Shown here piece after piece: positions 33,701 to 46,786 of a stretch of 64,000 nt of DNA. The notes below the pieces were generated by a model. It did no database searches. It worked only from the letters and a program-made list of their open reading frames with translations, and was not told the DNA's origin. Within the stretch, counting starts at the first letter, position 1; every line of letters starts with the position of its first letter. Location: the NCBI GenBank assembly GCA_051942245.1, contig JAVECL010000033.1, forward strand, positions 1-64,000. Reading direction: 5' to 3'. Source of the DNA: Trypethelium eluteriae. Lineage: Eukaryota. The position numbers and the translations under genes are program-made.

Positions 33701-36299
33701 TGTGAGTACATCATCCGGCCCCAATCCAACTGCAAGCATGCCGCCATTTCTTTTATTATTACCCACAGTTAGTCCTCGAAAGTAGGCTAGCACTATGGCT
33801 TCTGCAGATGTTATGCGGCCGGCCGAATAGGCTGCAGCGATTTCCCCGGAGGAATGGCCGACGACAGCTTCGGGCTTTATCATCCACGAGGAAAGAAGAT
33901 CAACAAGCGCTACCTGTAAAGCTGTACATACTGTCTGAGAAATCTGCGGCTTGTTTATTTGTGATGCAAGTTCTGGTTTGTGTAATACATCCTCGATACG
34001 CCATGACGGCTTCTTAGATAATGTAGTTAGTACTTTGTCCTGATATCGTATCGACTCTCCAAACGTAGCGTATTCGTCCATAAGCTCAGCACCCATTCCA
34101 TGCCATTGAGCGCCTTGGCCAGTGAAAATAAACCCGATTCGCTTCATAGCTACACTAGGAGATTTCTGGTGGGCGACATGTTCCCAAATGAGCGCCTCGG
34201 ATATCCTGTTCGAGGGTACAACGGCGAAGGCTCGTTGTGCGAATTGTGACCTCCGGTCAGAGAGTGTGTAAGCTAGAGCCGCAGCTTGATACTGATGCGA
34301 AACTCTTGAGATTGCATTGAAGTGGTCCTTTAGAGAATGCTCGTTATGAGCCGAGAATATCAACAAAACCAGGCGACGCGTTTGATCGACTACTGACCCA
34401 TTTCGATTGCACGAATCTCGTTGAGCGCCGTTCGCAGCATCAGTTTGGCAGGTCAAAGAAGTATGAGAGTGCTTATTCCGTAGGTTTCCAAGAGACGGTA
34501 GTTGGCTCGTTGAGCTTCCCTTCACGGGAGTAGGATGGGGAAAATGGCCACCAGGGGAATGAAGTCTTTTATGGTTCTCGTAAATGCGATAACCTGGGAG
34601 GATATTATGCACATGGTCTAAGATAAGCTGTTTTGAAAAGGTTGCCGTCAATATCAGCACTGATTTGCTTCTTGAAGGTTTTCTCACATGAGCATTTGCA
34701 CCGCCGTACCCAAAGGAATTGACACTGACACGACGCATAGTCTGTGGAGGCCAGGAGGTCAAGTCAGTGACGACTTTGGTACGAGATTCTTTGAAATTGA
34801 CTGTAGAAGATCAGTCTCTGGACTCATGCTAATTCCCAAAGGAATACGGAACGCACTGGCTGGGTTCAGATTAATTATCCCCCTGGTCGGCGGAATTTCA
34901 CCATGCTCTAGTGCTAGAACAGCTTTCATGATACTGGCAATCGCGCTAGCAGATTCGCTATGTCCAAGGTTCGGTTTTATCTGCACACTCTATAGTAAGC
35001 TAAGACCAACCCAGTCTCTGCAAATTGCCACTGGGAATCATCCGACGTACCGATCCAATATAGAGGTAGTCGCGTTGTTTGTGTTCCGCGAAGACTTTCC
35101 CTATAGCAGAGACTTCAGTTGGATCTCCTACTGCAGTTCCTGTGCCATGACACTCGAAATAGCCAGTGTCAGCTGGGTTCAGGTATCCGGCATTTCTGTA
35201 GGCATCTCTGATAACAGCTTCTTGTCCAGTAGCACTAGGATGAGAAATTCCGTCCGATCGACCATTACTGTACTACATTAGCACAGTGAAACCTGGCCAA
35301 AGAGACATACCTACGTATTGATGGCAATGCCTCGAATCACAGCTCTGATAGGATACTCGCCTTCCACAGCATCGCTCAATCGCAATATGTACAGTGCCCC
35401 GAAGCCGTCGGCTCGGGCGTAGCCATCGGCAGCTGCATCGAATGTGTGGCAGGTAGATGTTGGTGAGATAGCGCCCAGCTTTGTTGTAAAGATTTGCGCC
35501 ACTGGGTCTGTGATTAAATTGCTTCCAGCAACAATTGCACTATCGCAATCCCCACTTCGAAGGCCAGTAACAGCAAGTTGCAAAGCATACATGGATGAGG
35601 AACACGCGGTGTCAATAGTCAGACTTTGATAGAGTTAGCGAGGCTTCTACGGTAAGGATCTGCTGATTCCTCTCTACTTTACCTGGGTCCTCTCAAGTCA
35701 AAAACATAATTAATTCTATTACTTAGTATAGCCACCCCACCACCGGTTGTCGCATAAGGCAAAGGGTAATCAGCGTCACGTAATTGCATGTTCTGGTGAT
35801 CAGCGTTGAAGTTTCCGACGTAAACCCCAGTTCGCGATCCCGCAAACTTTTGCCAAGGTTCGCCAGCATTTTCGAAAGCTTCATAGGTAACTTCCAGTAG
35901 CTTGCGCTGCGCAGGGTCTAAGCTGCGGGTCTCAATAGGACTAATACCGAATAAGCTATGATCAAACAAGGTTGGATCATCGTCTAGGAAAAATCCTCCT
36001 CGTGTATAAAAGCTCCCGGGACGGTGCTGTTCGGGATGATAAAATCCATCTAAGTTGATTCTCTTATTGGAGAATTCGCGGTATCCAGAGCGCTGCGTCC
36101 TCAACATCTCCCATAGGTCGGATTCAGTCGACACGCCACCTGGCCAGCGGCAGCCTTTCTAAATTAATGATCAAGGTAGTGCAAGGAGGAATGCATTTCA
36201 CTTACCCATTCCCACAATGGCGATGGGCTCAGAGCATGATGAGCGCAGCAGGTGGCGATCGGTCACCGACGGCCTTTCTGCTTCAGCCTGAAAACTCAT
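27705..36299 (-). CDS. Highly reducing iterative type I PKS: KS-AT-DH-CMeT-ER-KR-ACP
   Basis: EPIAIVGM start; KS DTACSSS, ECHGTGT, KPNLGHSE; AT GHSSGE and AYHSHHM; DH WLKDHKV and HPATLD; CMeT ILEIGAGTGG and VLHAT; ER LLQSATGGLG; KR ILVGCLGGLG and YSAAN; ACP GIDSMIGVELRSW; no C-terminal TE or R domain; multi-exon. Confidence 0.95.
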
Positions 36300-36466
36300 C
36301 GTGGTGAAGACGGATCCTCAATGCGAGCTTGATCAGGGTTCGCATGGAAACATGCGGACATTCTGGAGAGTCTACATAGATCCATTCGTGATTGCTCGGA
36401 GTTTTTGGAGCTACCCCTTAACTGCTTTTGGCAGAGCTGACATGGTTCTGCGGCAGAATCCGCTGG

Positions 36467-36604
36467 CCGAACAACGTCGGTCATAGCCCGATTACCACAG
36501 GGAATAACTTCTTATTTGAGAAATCAGGACAGCTGACTGAAAAAGCAACTGAGCGGTCATGGTGACAAAGCTTAATTTCTTGTGGCCATGCCGCATGCTT
36601 TCGG
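36467..36604. promoter_or_regulatory. Two CCG-N8-CGG sites upstream of the PKS
   Basis: CCGAACAACGTCGG (36467-36480) and CCGCATGCTTTCGG (36591-36604). Confidence 0.65.
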
Positions 36605-36684
36605 CAAGAGAATTGATGCGCTGCTAGGCTATACATACTAATATCACTACTGATTCAATGTAGAGCAGAGGTTTTATTCGACAA

Positions 36685-38283
36685 CTACCTCTCTTGTACC
36701 CCTAGATGAACCTCTAAGAGCCCCATAGCCCCAGTGCTGTCTACTTTGACCAGCTATTTACTGTGGTAAGCATAGAGTACAGGTGGTATTTGAAGTTAGT
36801 GCTCACTCACTCGAAATCTTGGATCAGCCTCTTTCATGAGCATCTCGAACTCTTCCCTACTCCTCTGTTTTGCGCCTAGCACGACCCACATTCCTATATC
36901 CAACTGCCTCAGCTGGTACTCCTCGAAGCATGTCTTTTCCCCGGGTTCAGGAATTATTGTGTCGTTTATAAGAAGCGGTGTTCCTTTGGGGCATTGCTCT
37001 AGTGCGGGAATGAACGCACGAAAGAGCCGAATGCAATCAACATCAGTCCAATTGTGCATGATTTGACGCATAAAAAACGCGCTTGCATTGTAGATGGGTT
37101 GTGGTTGAAAAAAATCATGCTGCATGAAACGAACCCGATTCTGTAAGTCACCAGCCCACAGTTTGGTACCCTGATCGAGCATGAGTGTGGAGACATCTTG
37201 TATAATGAAGTCGAGATGGGGAAACGCCTGGAAAGTTTTAGCTCCAGCCTACTTTCTCAAGTACATAGTACAACTGAGATAGATGACTACTGGTTTATTC
37301 TACAGTAGTTACTCACGCGAGCTAAGGATATTGAGATATGTCCACTACCTCCACCCACGTCGACAATGCTTCCTTTTGGCAAGGAACCCCAGTCGAATTC
37401 ATCTCGAAGTTCTTTGACTTGACGGTCAACTAAAGGACCAGTCAATGGCTTCTACTGACCAAACTCGGTGGGTATGCTGTGGAGTCACGTACGTTGAGTG
37501 ATACCAGCCATCGCACTTGCGAATCTGGCTGCCTTGTCTCGGTTCTTTTCATAGAATTGGTACAATGACATGCCGTGGCGAGTGCTGAAGGGCGAGTTAA
37601 CCGCATTACTCTCCCATGGGGCGTTGCGCACGCATGTTGAAGTCTGCGAGGCAGCGTTGAACATTTCATCCGCTCTAGAACATGAAAATTGGCATCAAGA
37701 TCAGACAATGTGTACAAAAGAACTGATGGAGACGGTAGAGTATTAGAGAAAGAACTCACTGCATCAAGAACGCGTCTCTCAATGTATGGTCGCGAGCAAC
37801 CATGGCGCTCGCCGCCGTATGTTCGAACATGCCTCTGCAGTCTTTGCCTTCCAGCTCCTTGAACACTCTGTGGGTGCCTAGGAATCTGAGAACCCGGGAA
37901 ACCCGATCCACGTCCATCCCAACCTTGGCGGCAACATCTTCTACTCGCACAGCTCCTTCCAGGGGCACAGCGCCGAAAAAGTTGAGTTCCAAGGCTACTT
38001 GATAAGCAGCAAGATCATAGTGCGTACAGAACAAAGTACGGAATGTATTCTTGGGACCATTGACCAGCCGCAGAAGATCCGTGGCAGTTGTGTTGAGCTG
38101 GGAACGAAGCGACTCATACTTCAGGTCGAGAGGTGGTCCTGATGAAGTGGGTTGGAAACTTGGGCAAGGATGAGAGAGATCCGAGAGGTGAGCGATCAAT
38201 GATTGTGTGAGCGTGAGCACTGACTTGGCCAGAGCAAGCAAATCCGTGCTATTAGATTCCGTGGTGGACTTTGGATGCGTCAT
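36685..38283 (-). CDS. SAM-dependent O-methyltransferase (Methyltransf_2 family)
   Basis: N-terminal dimerisation/wHTH region (RVLRFL..FEHT), IVDVGGGSGHIS, HDFFQPQP, RQIMHNWTD, KQRS..EF; last exon ends LLEVHLGVQER*. Confidence 0.92.
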
Positions 38284-38656
38284 CGTTAGAGACTCTCGGT
38301 TTGAGGGCCGATATTACCTCCAAGAAACGCTACAGAGAGAGAATGTACATTGCAGCAAAGTGGAGAAAGGGCACAATCAAAGAGAAACTGTAGAAACTCG
38401 GATGCTGAAATATACACTCTACCACTCCGAAATTTCAGCCTTGCGTAAGGCCAGAACAGAAATCTGTCGAAGGTCTTCCGCATTTGAGCAAAAAGGATTA
38501 CGTAACTCACTCTCTGTCCAATTAGGATCCATAGATGTGCAAGTTTCCATGGACTCGTCGACCTTGTCGTGGCTTGAAGACATTTCGAATCGCGAAGTCC
38601 CCAGCTCCGAATCCGATTAGTTGGCACTTTACGTTAGACCGAATAATGTAGGCGCG

Positions 38657-38670
38657 CCGGCAGTTTACGG
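38657..38670. promoter_or_regulatory. CCG-N8-CGG site upstream of the O-methyltransferase
   Basis: CCGGCAGTTTACGG; a near-match CCGAATAATGTAGG lies at 38639. Confidence 0.45.
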
Positions 38671-39633
38671 ACATGAAGTCGGCCGTATAATCGTCGAACA
38701 ATCTGAACTAATGGGTCTACCTTAAGCATCAGCCCACATGGTAAGGCACAGAATCTTAGTACGCAGGTTCCCATCGCTGGCAGGGGTGTAAGTCAGTTGT
38801 CAGCCTTTCGTCCATACGATAAGCGGCGCGTTGTGCCCCGTGCACCGCATCCAATTGGGAGCCGAGGGTTGAGCCGGCGCGGCGAAAACACCGAAAAGAT
38901 GAAATCAGAGCTTGGACGCTTGGATAACCTCTTGGCTTGCTTTCAGCAACGGCGGATTGTGACCGTTGGTTGTCAGATCAGCTCTTGCTCTTTGGCTCTA
39001 TCAGACGACACCACGAGAGGCTGACTACATCACCGCGACTCCGTCACGTTTAAAATCACGACGCGGTCGACCCATTGACCAGCGCGATATCATGCAGGCC
39101 AAAATGATACGAATTACGGAGTCAATCGCCAAGACTATGTCCACTTTGTCCAAATGTTCCTGTATCGCGCTTACAGACTCACTCTATATCTCTCTTCTTC
39201 ATAGCCTTCTCGAAGCGGTTCTGGCCGGTTAGTTTTCGCTACAAAGGATGACCGTAAATAAGATAAGGTTGAACTGGCCGACGTTTGGTCTTGTGCGCCG
39301 CTCCACAAAAGTATTACACGAATCAACATAATGCTGTGGATACAGCCCACGTGTTCTGGTGATCACACGCTGGGTACTGCCCTTGTAAAGTTCCTATTGC
39401 GTTGAATATTAGTGCCGAGGGTAAATCTGGCAATAGCTTCATTATCCTGTGGTTCTACGGAGTACGTTGACACTCAATCTAGGTCTACCCGTTTTAGGTT
39501 ACTCTAAGCGTATTCATAAATCGAGCGAATGCTTGGCACTCCATGACATATCGATCCCGTCCAGCAAGTAGAAATTAAAAATAATATAGGGCCATCTCAA
39601 TTGCCATATCCGCCTATTCGACCTCTTTTTGCG

Positions 39634-40990
39634 CTAAAGTGAGCCGGAGCTGTGGTCCACCTGATACCGCCTTGTCACAGTGATTTTGCCTCTATCAGCG
39701 ATCATCGGCTCAGAATCCGCCGGCGCTTCATCGTTGATTCGTTCGTACGACTTCGCCGCCACGGGCGGGCGGTCGATCAGGGGTACTTCATGGTCAATTG
39801 ATCGATTCGATATCTTCGACAGATGGTCGCCTGGCAGATAAGTACGTGTCGTACTCAAGGACGAGCCCGGTTGCTGCTTAGCCTTTGTGGCCCCGCCCGA
39901 GCCCGTCACACTTCGGCGTGTCCAGGCCATGATCCTGCTGTTGGACAGTTTAGAGAAAACGGGAGGCAACATGGGCAGACACGCGCTGATGATTCCGAGC
40001 ATGGGCTCAAGAGGACCGAGAATGGCGAAGTACCAGATAGTGTAAGTGAAATCGTTGTAATCGATCTCGAGAACGTATTTGAGTCGGACACCTGCAACTA
40101 AGCAGATACTGAGATATCTTAGCTGACTATTCCTTCTTCCTGCTATACTTGACTCAGCTCACCCCAAACCAACACTAAAAATACCAGCCGTAGAAATTTT
40201 CTTCCTAAGTGGCATGTTCAGATTCCACAATATTGGGAGCGGCATTCTGTCCGGAATTCTTAGTCATTGTCTTCTTGTATTCTTGGGCGACATACGCAAA
40301 GATGACCAAATCAAGTGCGGTATTTATTACACCCGGAATGAGGTACGCCAGCTGCTCGTTACCACATTTGCCATCAATCTGCTTTGTTCCAGTAAAATCG
40401 CAGCGGTCGACAGATCAAGAACTCTTCGAGAATGAAGGCAGTCATGCAGACAAGACACAGCGCCATCATTCCATACACTAAGAGGCGAAATTGTCGTTGC
40501 TGGCGACCAAAAATGACAAGGTAGAGATGTAATATGGAAACTTTGATCGCGCCAATGGCTAGGTTCCATATGATGTCTGCGACGAAGGCGAGTAGCCCTG
40601 CTGTTTCGAGCGTGGCCGTCCCTCCATGGTACAAGTATATATCTTGCGCGTGGAGGCCAACACCGCCTGCGACGACCACTAACACATCTCAATCAGTCAC
40701 AAAGCCCTTTCGGAATGTCTCCAGAATAGTTCAAATACCTGCTACTTCAGACGCCACCTCTCCGACGATGAATATCTGCAGCTCAATCAGTCTCGATCAT
40801 CCATCGTCTTTTTTAAGAAGCCTATGCTTACTGTTCCAGCGATGATGGCCCAGTCATTCAACTCGAGCGACTTGCTAGTAAGCCTGCGCGCCCAAATCCT
40901 GATCCCGACGGCAAGCAAATCCAGGATCAAGAAAACCGCAAGGATAATTATTAAAGTCCTGCCCCTGTAGTTATTCGCCGCGAGATTCAT
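39634..40990 (-). CDS. PTH11-like (fungal rhodopsin-domain) integral membrane protein, no CFEM
   Basis: LAVGIRIWARRL...LNDW, AIKVSILHLYLVIF, ICRPLRFYWNK, PLRKKIST, EPMLGIISACLPML motifs; multi-exon. Confidence 0.85.
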
Positions 40991-41777
40991 GACAATAGTG
41001 ACTAATAGGAGTTTTGAGGAAAGGTAAAGCCCAAAGTCACAATGTTGAAAAGATATGCTATTGAAGTACCCGAGTCACAATAGAGCAGATTGATCAAGAG
41101 ACGAATGCTAAACTCATACTCGAATGATCAGGATGGTGGTAGAGGGGCACGGAGGGTGCAGGGGTACGGTAGAGGGCTGAACGTTGGAAATAGTATCGAG
41201 ATTACAATGTGTTGGAATCGAACCCTATGGGCACTGTGTGGGAGACCCGATTGGACTAAAGAGAGATCGTGTCTAGCGCAACGACGTGGTGAGGCAGCCA
41301 GGCTTTGTTCATCCCTCCGCCTCTCGTGCTTTGCATGAGAACCCTGTCCTACGTCCTGACTCTATCGCTTCTCGGCCTTGACCTGCCACAAATAATTAGG
41401 TCGAGGGTGGCACCTGGCTTGGCCAACGCGTCATTTTCCCAAATCTAAACCCTGCGTCTCTCTCTCAGCTGCACTGAAACCTTATAAAGCATGCTAACGC
41501 TCGGCAGTAGCGGCGTTTCAGCTCCACCAACAATTACACTCAAATTTCAAAACTCCTTGCCCAGATAGGCAACAGACCGGTGCGGCGTTAAATTTTCACG
41601 CACGGTGTATCAATGGGATGCAGGGCGTAGGGCATAAACTGCCCAGCTACCCTACGCCAATGCATCATGTACATGCATGTCCTCAGGCCTTTCTCTGGCC
41701 AAGTGCGAGAGCTGATCCGATGGTGCTCAATGTATGCAGGATGACATAAGCGGGCGGTTGTAGGGCTGCATGGTAGA

Positions 41778-41791
41778 CCGAAGATTCTCGG
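41778..41791. promoter_or_regulatory. CCGA-N6-TCGG site upstream of the PTH11-like gene
   Basis: CCGAAGATTCTCGG. Confidence 0.6.
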
Positions 41792-42129
41792 GCCCGCCAC
41801 CTACACGTTCTTAGAGTACAGAGATACGGTGAGCCGACCCTATGCTGCTACCGACCGGGACGTCCCAAGCTCTGTCATCACAACGCCACTGTGGGCTGCC
41901 AATCCCGCAGGACCTCGCCATAAGTGGGAGCCTGGCGTTGCAAGGGATACAGAGTTCTCACTGTATTAGCACGCTACTGATCTAGTGAGTGGGTAAGAAG
42001 CTTTGTATTGCTTTGCGTTGCTCGAAATTCAGGATAATATTGCAGGAGTAGGAAAGATAAATTGGACAATCTGTCCTCTGTTGGTTCTATTTCGCAGGGA
42101 AACCGCCACGAGCTGTATCACGGCTTGAT

Positions 42130-43188
42130 TTAGTAGGACGCCAGGCCTCCAGAAGTGTCTTTACGTAGGACGACTAGAGTCTCATCCCACACCCGCCGTT
42201 GCATGGCTTGACCCTCCAGGGAACGTACGTAGTCGGCGGGTCTAAAATATAGTTTTAGCAGCGAATCACTTCAGGCAAATTGCTCTGTAGGAACGAGAGC
42301 ATGAAGCTAACTTTCAGAGACTTACGGACTCGGTTTTTGCTCACTGATATACGCCCCGTGGGTGTCTTGAGGTTGAACCACCGCTGCGTCCACGACTGCA
42401 TGCCCGGCCTGCTCGGCGATCCTCGCGAAAAGTGTGCGGAAAATTCGAAAGACGATAGTGTTGTCCTCGCGGTGTAAATCACTCCAGGTCAGTCCGGGAT
42501 TGACGGTGTTGATAAGGATATCCACCGCTCTTGTGCGGGCCGCGAGCTCTCGGGTCCAGAAGACGTTAAATAGTTTGGTCGTATTATATCTCCATGGTAT
42601 GCTGAATGTGTCTGGCTGATCCATGTACTCCAAAATCGAGTCTGCGTGCCGCTCGTCAAAAGGCGTCCAGAAATGGACTTCGGACGAGACAATCGTTAGG
42701 CGTGACGCGTTTCCATTCATATGAGCGGTTCTGGTGAGCACCGGGAGCAGTAGTAGCGACAGGAATGAGGTGCCGAGGTGGTTGACTTGTAGAGTAGATT
42801 CATGTCCTGTTGGCGATTTTGCGTAATGAATGGGCTTGTTACCAGCATTAAGGATTGTGATATCCAGCCGATCTAGGCTTTCTGCACGCTTGCAGAATGC
42901 GGACATGTTCTCAAAAGAATCGTAATCCAACGGCCAGATTTCTACGTTGATGCCGGAATGCAGTTTTGTGAGTTCAGACTTGGCATTTTCACCCTTTGGC
43001 ATATCACGAACACCAAGGATAATGCGATTCACTTTATGTTGAGCCAGAATCTTGGAGGTTGCTAATCCTATCCCGACATTGGCACCAGTTATGAGGACAG
43101 TCTTTCCTGTCAGATCGACATCGGAGGATATAGGCCGTAAAGGAACGAAAGCTTGACGGTAAAGGAAGTCAAGTGAAAGGTCGAGCAT
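42130..43188 (-). CDS. Short-chain dehydrogenase/reductase (retinol-dehydrogenase-like type)
   Basis: TGKTVLITGANVGIG, LDITILNAG, LQVNHLG, IVSS, YNTTK catalytic motif, VNPG; last exon after an intron ~42243-42324. Confidence 0.9.
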
Positions 43189-43682
43189 CGTCACCAAGCT
43201 TGCCGGAAAAGGTGGTGTCTCCCGAGACGATAAAGAATTGAATGACCTTGAACGGGGACGGTCGGTTGCTGTTGGAATACCATGGATTGTGATAGAGACC
43301 ATCAGTAGTCTAACCTGTCTAGATTACTTAAACGCATTATCCACTCCGCTAGACTCAACCCAGCGATCGATCTTAGAGAAAAGGCGCAACGTGCGCAGCA
43401 ATCCTAGTACGCGCGTAGTCCGAGTTGCATCCACTAAGATACAAGGCTACTTAGATGCCCGTCTTGAGGTGGCAAATAGAATATAAGGCAAGTCACACAT
43501 GGTGACAACAGATTCCAGACGTTTGGTCAAGGTGGACTCAATTTCACTAACTGATGTCCTGGTAATATCCCAGATAATATACACCGGCAAAGCTATGATC
43601 GCATCTCAAAAAAATTTCTGCCTCTAATAAGAGATGATAAATGGTACAGATGAGAAAAGATAAAGTGAAGTCCATATCTGAA

Positions 43683-45424
43683 TCACGCTATTACAGGTGC
43701 AAAAAATCGAAACCGGTTGTAAGGATCCCATTTCGCTTTTAATGCTTTGAGTCTCTCCAATCTCCAAGTATCATAGCCATACAACTCTTGCAACGATTCA
43801 TCGCCATAGGCGTAATTAACGTAAGCGTACAGTTCAGACTGTCCACTGTCTGCATACATATTTCTACGGATAGTGGACCCAAAATCTACTGCGTTCTGGT
43901 CTAGAGAAACGTCGGAAAGATAGGAGATCACGGGAGAGCTAATGGTAGATTAGAACAATGGTCAGGCAAGAGCTAGCAGTCTAATAGAAGGAGAAGCTTA
44001 CACGATAACTTTCGCGCTTCGGTTGGGTACCGCTGTAGACTCCATAGGAACAGCTTGCACTGCTTGGATCGAATAAGCCTCGAATAGGACGAGTGACGTA
44101 TTGAATCCTGACTGCTCGGAAGTTGTCGCATTATATAGATCAAAGATTGATCGTTGGGAAGACACATTATACTGTTGAATGGTCAAAGGGAACTTCAAGC
44201 GGTTATATCCATCTTGACAGATTTGTGAGCTGTCGTCATTGCCAGTGATTGCAGCTAATCCGGGATAGTTACCAGTGCCATTAGTTATTGATAGAGGGGA
44301 TAGGGACCGGTAAGGAGCGGCATATCGTTGACCTGTTGCCATTGGCCCATTGTATAGTACGCTAAATAGCAATACAGCCTAGGGGATATTTCAGTCAACG
44401 AATCATTCATGCAATTGTGTGATCTGGTAGGCTTACACTCTGGGAGTCAACCGTCGGTATACGAATGAATACAGCGTAACTGAGAAGGGCCGGGTCCGTG
44501 TAATTTGCACTCATTTGGTTGGCTTCAGTGAAGACATCCTCGATCTGATCTGCACCAAAAATGAACGTCTCGTAGTACCATGAATCAGCAGAGGCAACAT
44601 CATAGACTCTTAAATCCAGCTGGGTGATGACTCCAAAGTTGTGTCCCGCGCCTCGGAGAGCCCACAACAGGTCAGAATGGCTTGTGGCTGACACTGTAGT
44701 CGCAGTTCCATTCGCTGTGACAAGACGGGCGCTGATAAGGTTGTCCGCGATGAGACCGTAACGGCCCTGTAGGAAGCCATGTCCGCCTCCCAGAAGAGCT
44801 CCCACAAAACCAGAGCATACACCCGCCCCAGACACTATGAAGTGCATTAGACAAATCGATGCAATGTAAGTTTGATAATGTACCAGTCTGCTTCTGGAAA
44901 TTCCAAAGAGCATTAGTCACCTCTCCATTAAGAGCGCCCCCTTGTATAGTTGCGGATTGACTCTCTTTATTAATCTGAATGTTCTTCATCCCTCTCATGT
45001 TTATTTCTATTCCATTATGGAACTTGCCAAGCGACAGGATAGCGCCATGGCCGCCTGACTTGGCAAGAAATGGTATATTATTTTGATTCGCATACTGAAC
45101 CTTGGCAGTTGTTAATTCGCAGCGCAAGTAGATAATGGAGCTTTAGAGACCTACTGTAGCAATCACATCACCTTCTGTCATCACATTTACCGCTGCCGAA
45201 AATGAGGGATCGGCATAGTCCTGCCATCGTTTCGTTGCATTGTCAAAACCGGTTGAATTCGGAAGGAAGATGCTTGCACCGGGAGAAAGCTTGGGGCCAA
45301 GAAGATCAATGATATCTGATCTCCGTTGGAGGTAAGTATTAAATTCCACGTTATACGAAACGAGTGAAATCGCAGCGTGGAAGAAAAAAGCAAAAGACAA
45401 GAGAATGACAGAAAACGATTGCAT
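43683..45424 (-). CDS. Secreted FAD-binding oxidoreductase, BBE-like (no. 1)
   Basis: Signal peptide; KSGGHG covalent-FAD His; GGGHGFLQGRYGLIADN; WALRGAGHNFGV; YVNYA.GDE; LKAKWDP. Confidence 0.9.
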
Positions 45425-45583
45425 TTTTGCACGTCCTGAAACAACTCAAAACCGGTTCAGGGAAAATGTTCAAATAACTTTCGCAGCAGCGTCCGTTTAG
45501 ATCAAAAGCGGTTGCCTCGCCTGTTTGAGAGCTGATGCGAACTCACAGCTGAGCGGCTGTACACCAGGCAGCACAGCTCATAA

Positions 45584-45597
45584 CCGATAATGTTCGG
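45584..45597. promoter_or_regulatory. CCGA-N6-TCGG site in the divergent FAD oxidase 1 / SDR 2 promoter
   Basis: CCGATAATGTTCGG in a ~280-bp divergent intergenic region. Confidence 0.65.
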
Positions 45598-45703
45598 AGT
45601 GTCTGCCTCAGCGTTCCACAATATCAGATGTTATTTAATGAACGGACGATCTACCTATTCACCCAGACTAACACAACCCCTTCCTTATTCGACCTGGATA
45701 CTC

Positions 45704-46516
45704 ATGGCTGATTCCACCAACGTTTTGATTACCGGCCCTAATCGCGGCATTGGCCGTGCGCTTGTCGTAGCCTTTCTGGCCCGCAAGAACACAACCGTTG
45801 TGGCTGGTGTGCGTGATCCCGCTGCGGCTGCGTCCGTCAGCCTGGCCTCGCTGCCGCCCGCCGACGGCAGCAGAATCATCGTCCTTAAGATCGATAGCGC
45901 CTCTGATACGGACGCGAAGGAAGCGGCTCAGCAGCTCTCCTCGACGTACGGCATCACCAAGCTGGACATTGTGGTTGCTAACGCTGGAATCGGCGACACA
46001 GCTGAACCAGTTCGCTCTACCCCGCCCGACGCCATCCGGTGCCACATAGATGTCAACGTCATCAGCGTCTTGACCCTTTTCCAGGCCGTCGAAACCCTCC
46101 TGCATCAAGCGGCCGCGCCAAAGTTCTTTACCATGTCCTCCAACTTAGCTAGCATAGGTCTCATGGAACATCTCCCCGGTCCTTGGCTAGCGTACGGCAT
46201 ATCCAAGGCCGCCCTCAACTTTTTGACCCGCAAGATCCACTTTGAGAATGAGTGGCTTACAGCTGAGGTTCTAAGTCCCGGTTGGGTTCAGACGGATATG
46301 GGGGTATTTGCTGCTAAGGCTATTGGCATGGACGGCGCCCCTGTGACCATGCAGGATAGCATACAAGGCGTCATGAAAGCTGTAAGTTAAGCCTTGCGAG
46401 CTTTCTGCATCTCTGTTGCTAGACCGATGCTAAAGTGGTTATAGATTGACGAAGCCTCTCGAGAGAAGACTTCAGGAGCCTTTATCTCACACGAGGGGCA
46501 ATCAGTCCCATGGTAA
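45704..46516 (+). CDS. Short-chain dehydrogenase/ketoreductase (Nor-1-like)
   Basis: VLITGPNRGIG, LDIVVANAG, MSS, YGISKAALN, PGWVQTDMG; intron 46382-46444; last exon IDEASREKTSGAFISHEGQSVPW*. Confidence 0.9.
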
Positions 46517-46786
46517 ACCGCAGATACGAGCCAGCTTATATGTACCCCTTACAAGAATCAGAGATGCCCAACGTCCGCCTGAGTTTGGTCGCCCATCTCA
46601 TGCTATTTCTCCTGTGTGCTAACTTCCACTCTGGCATTGATGCGCCCCCAAATTCATAGGCAATGCCAATGACAAGAATGATCACCATCGTTCTAATGGC
46701 ATTTACGCACAAAAGGATGGAGTCATCCTGGTTCGCTACCGTAAATACATAGAATAAAGTTCTAATAAGCTTGAAATACCAAACTT

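Noticed and set aside
27705..36299. PKS fragmented into many ORFs, suggesting a pseudogene
   Set aside because: The breaks I examined coincide with GT-AG introns and the domain motifs are intact; not every junction was verified.
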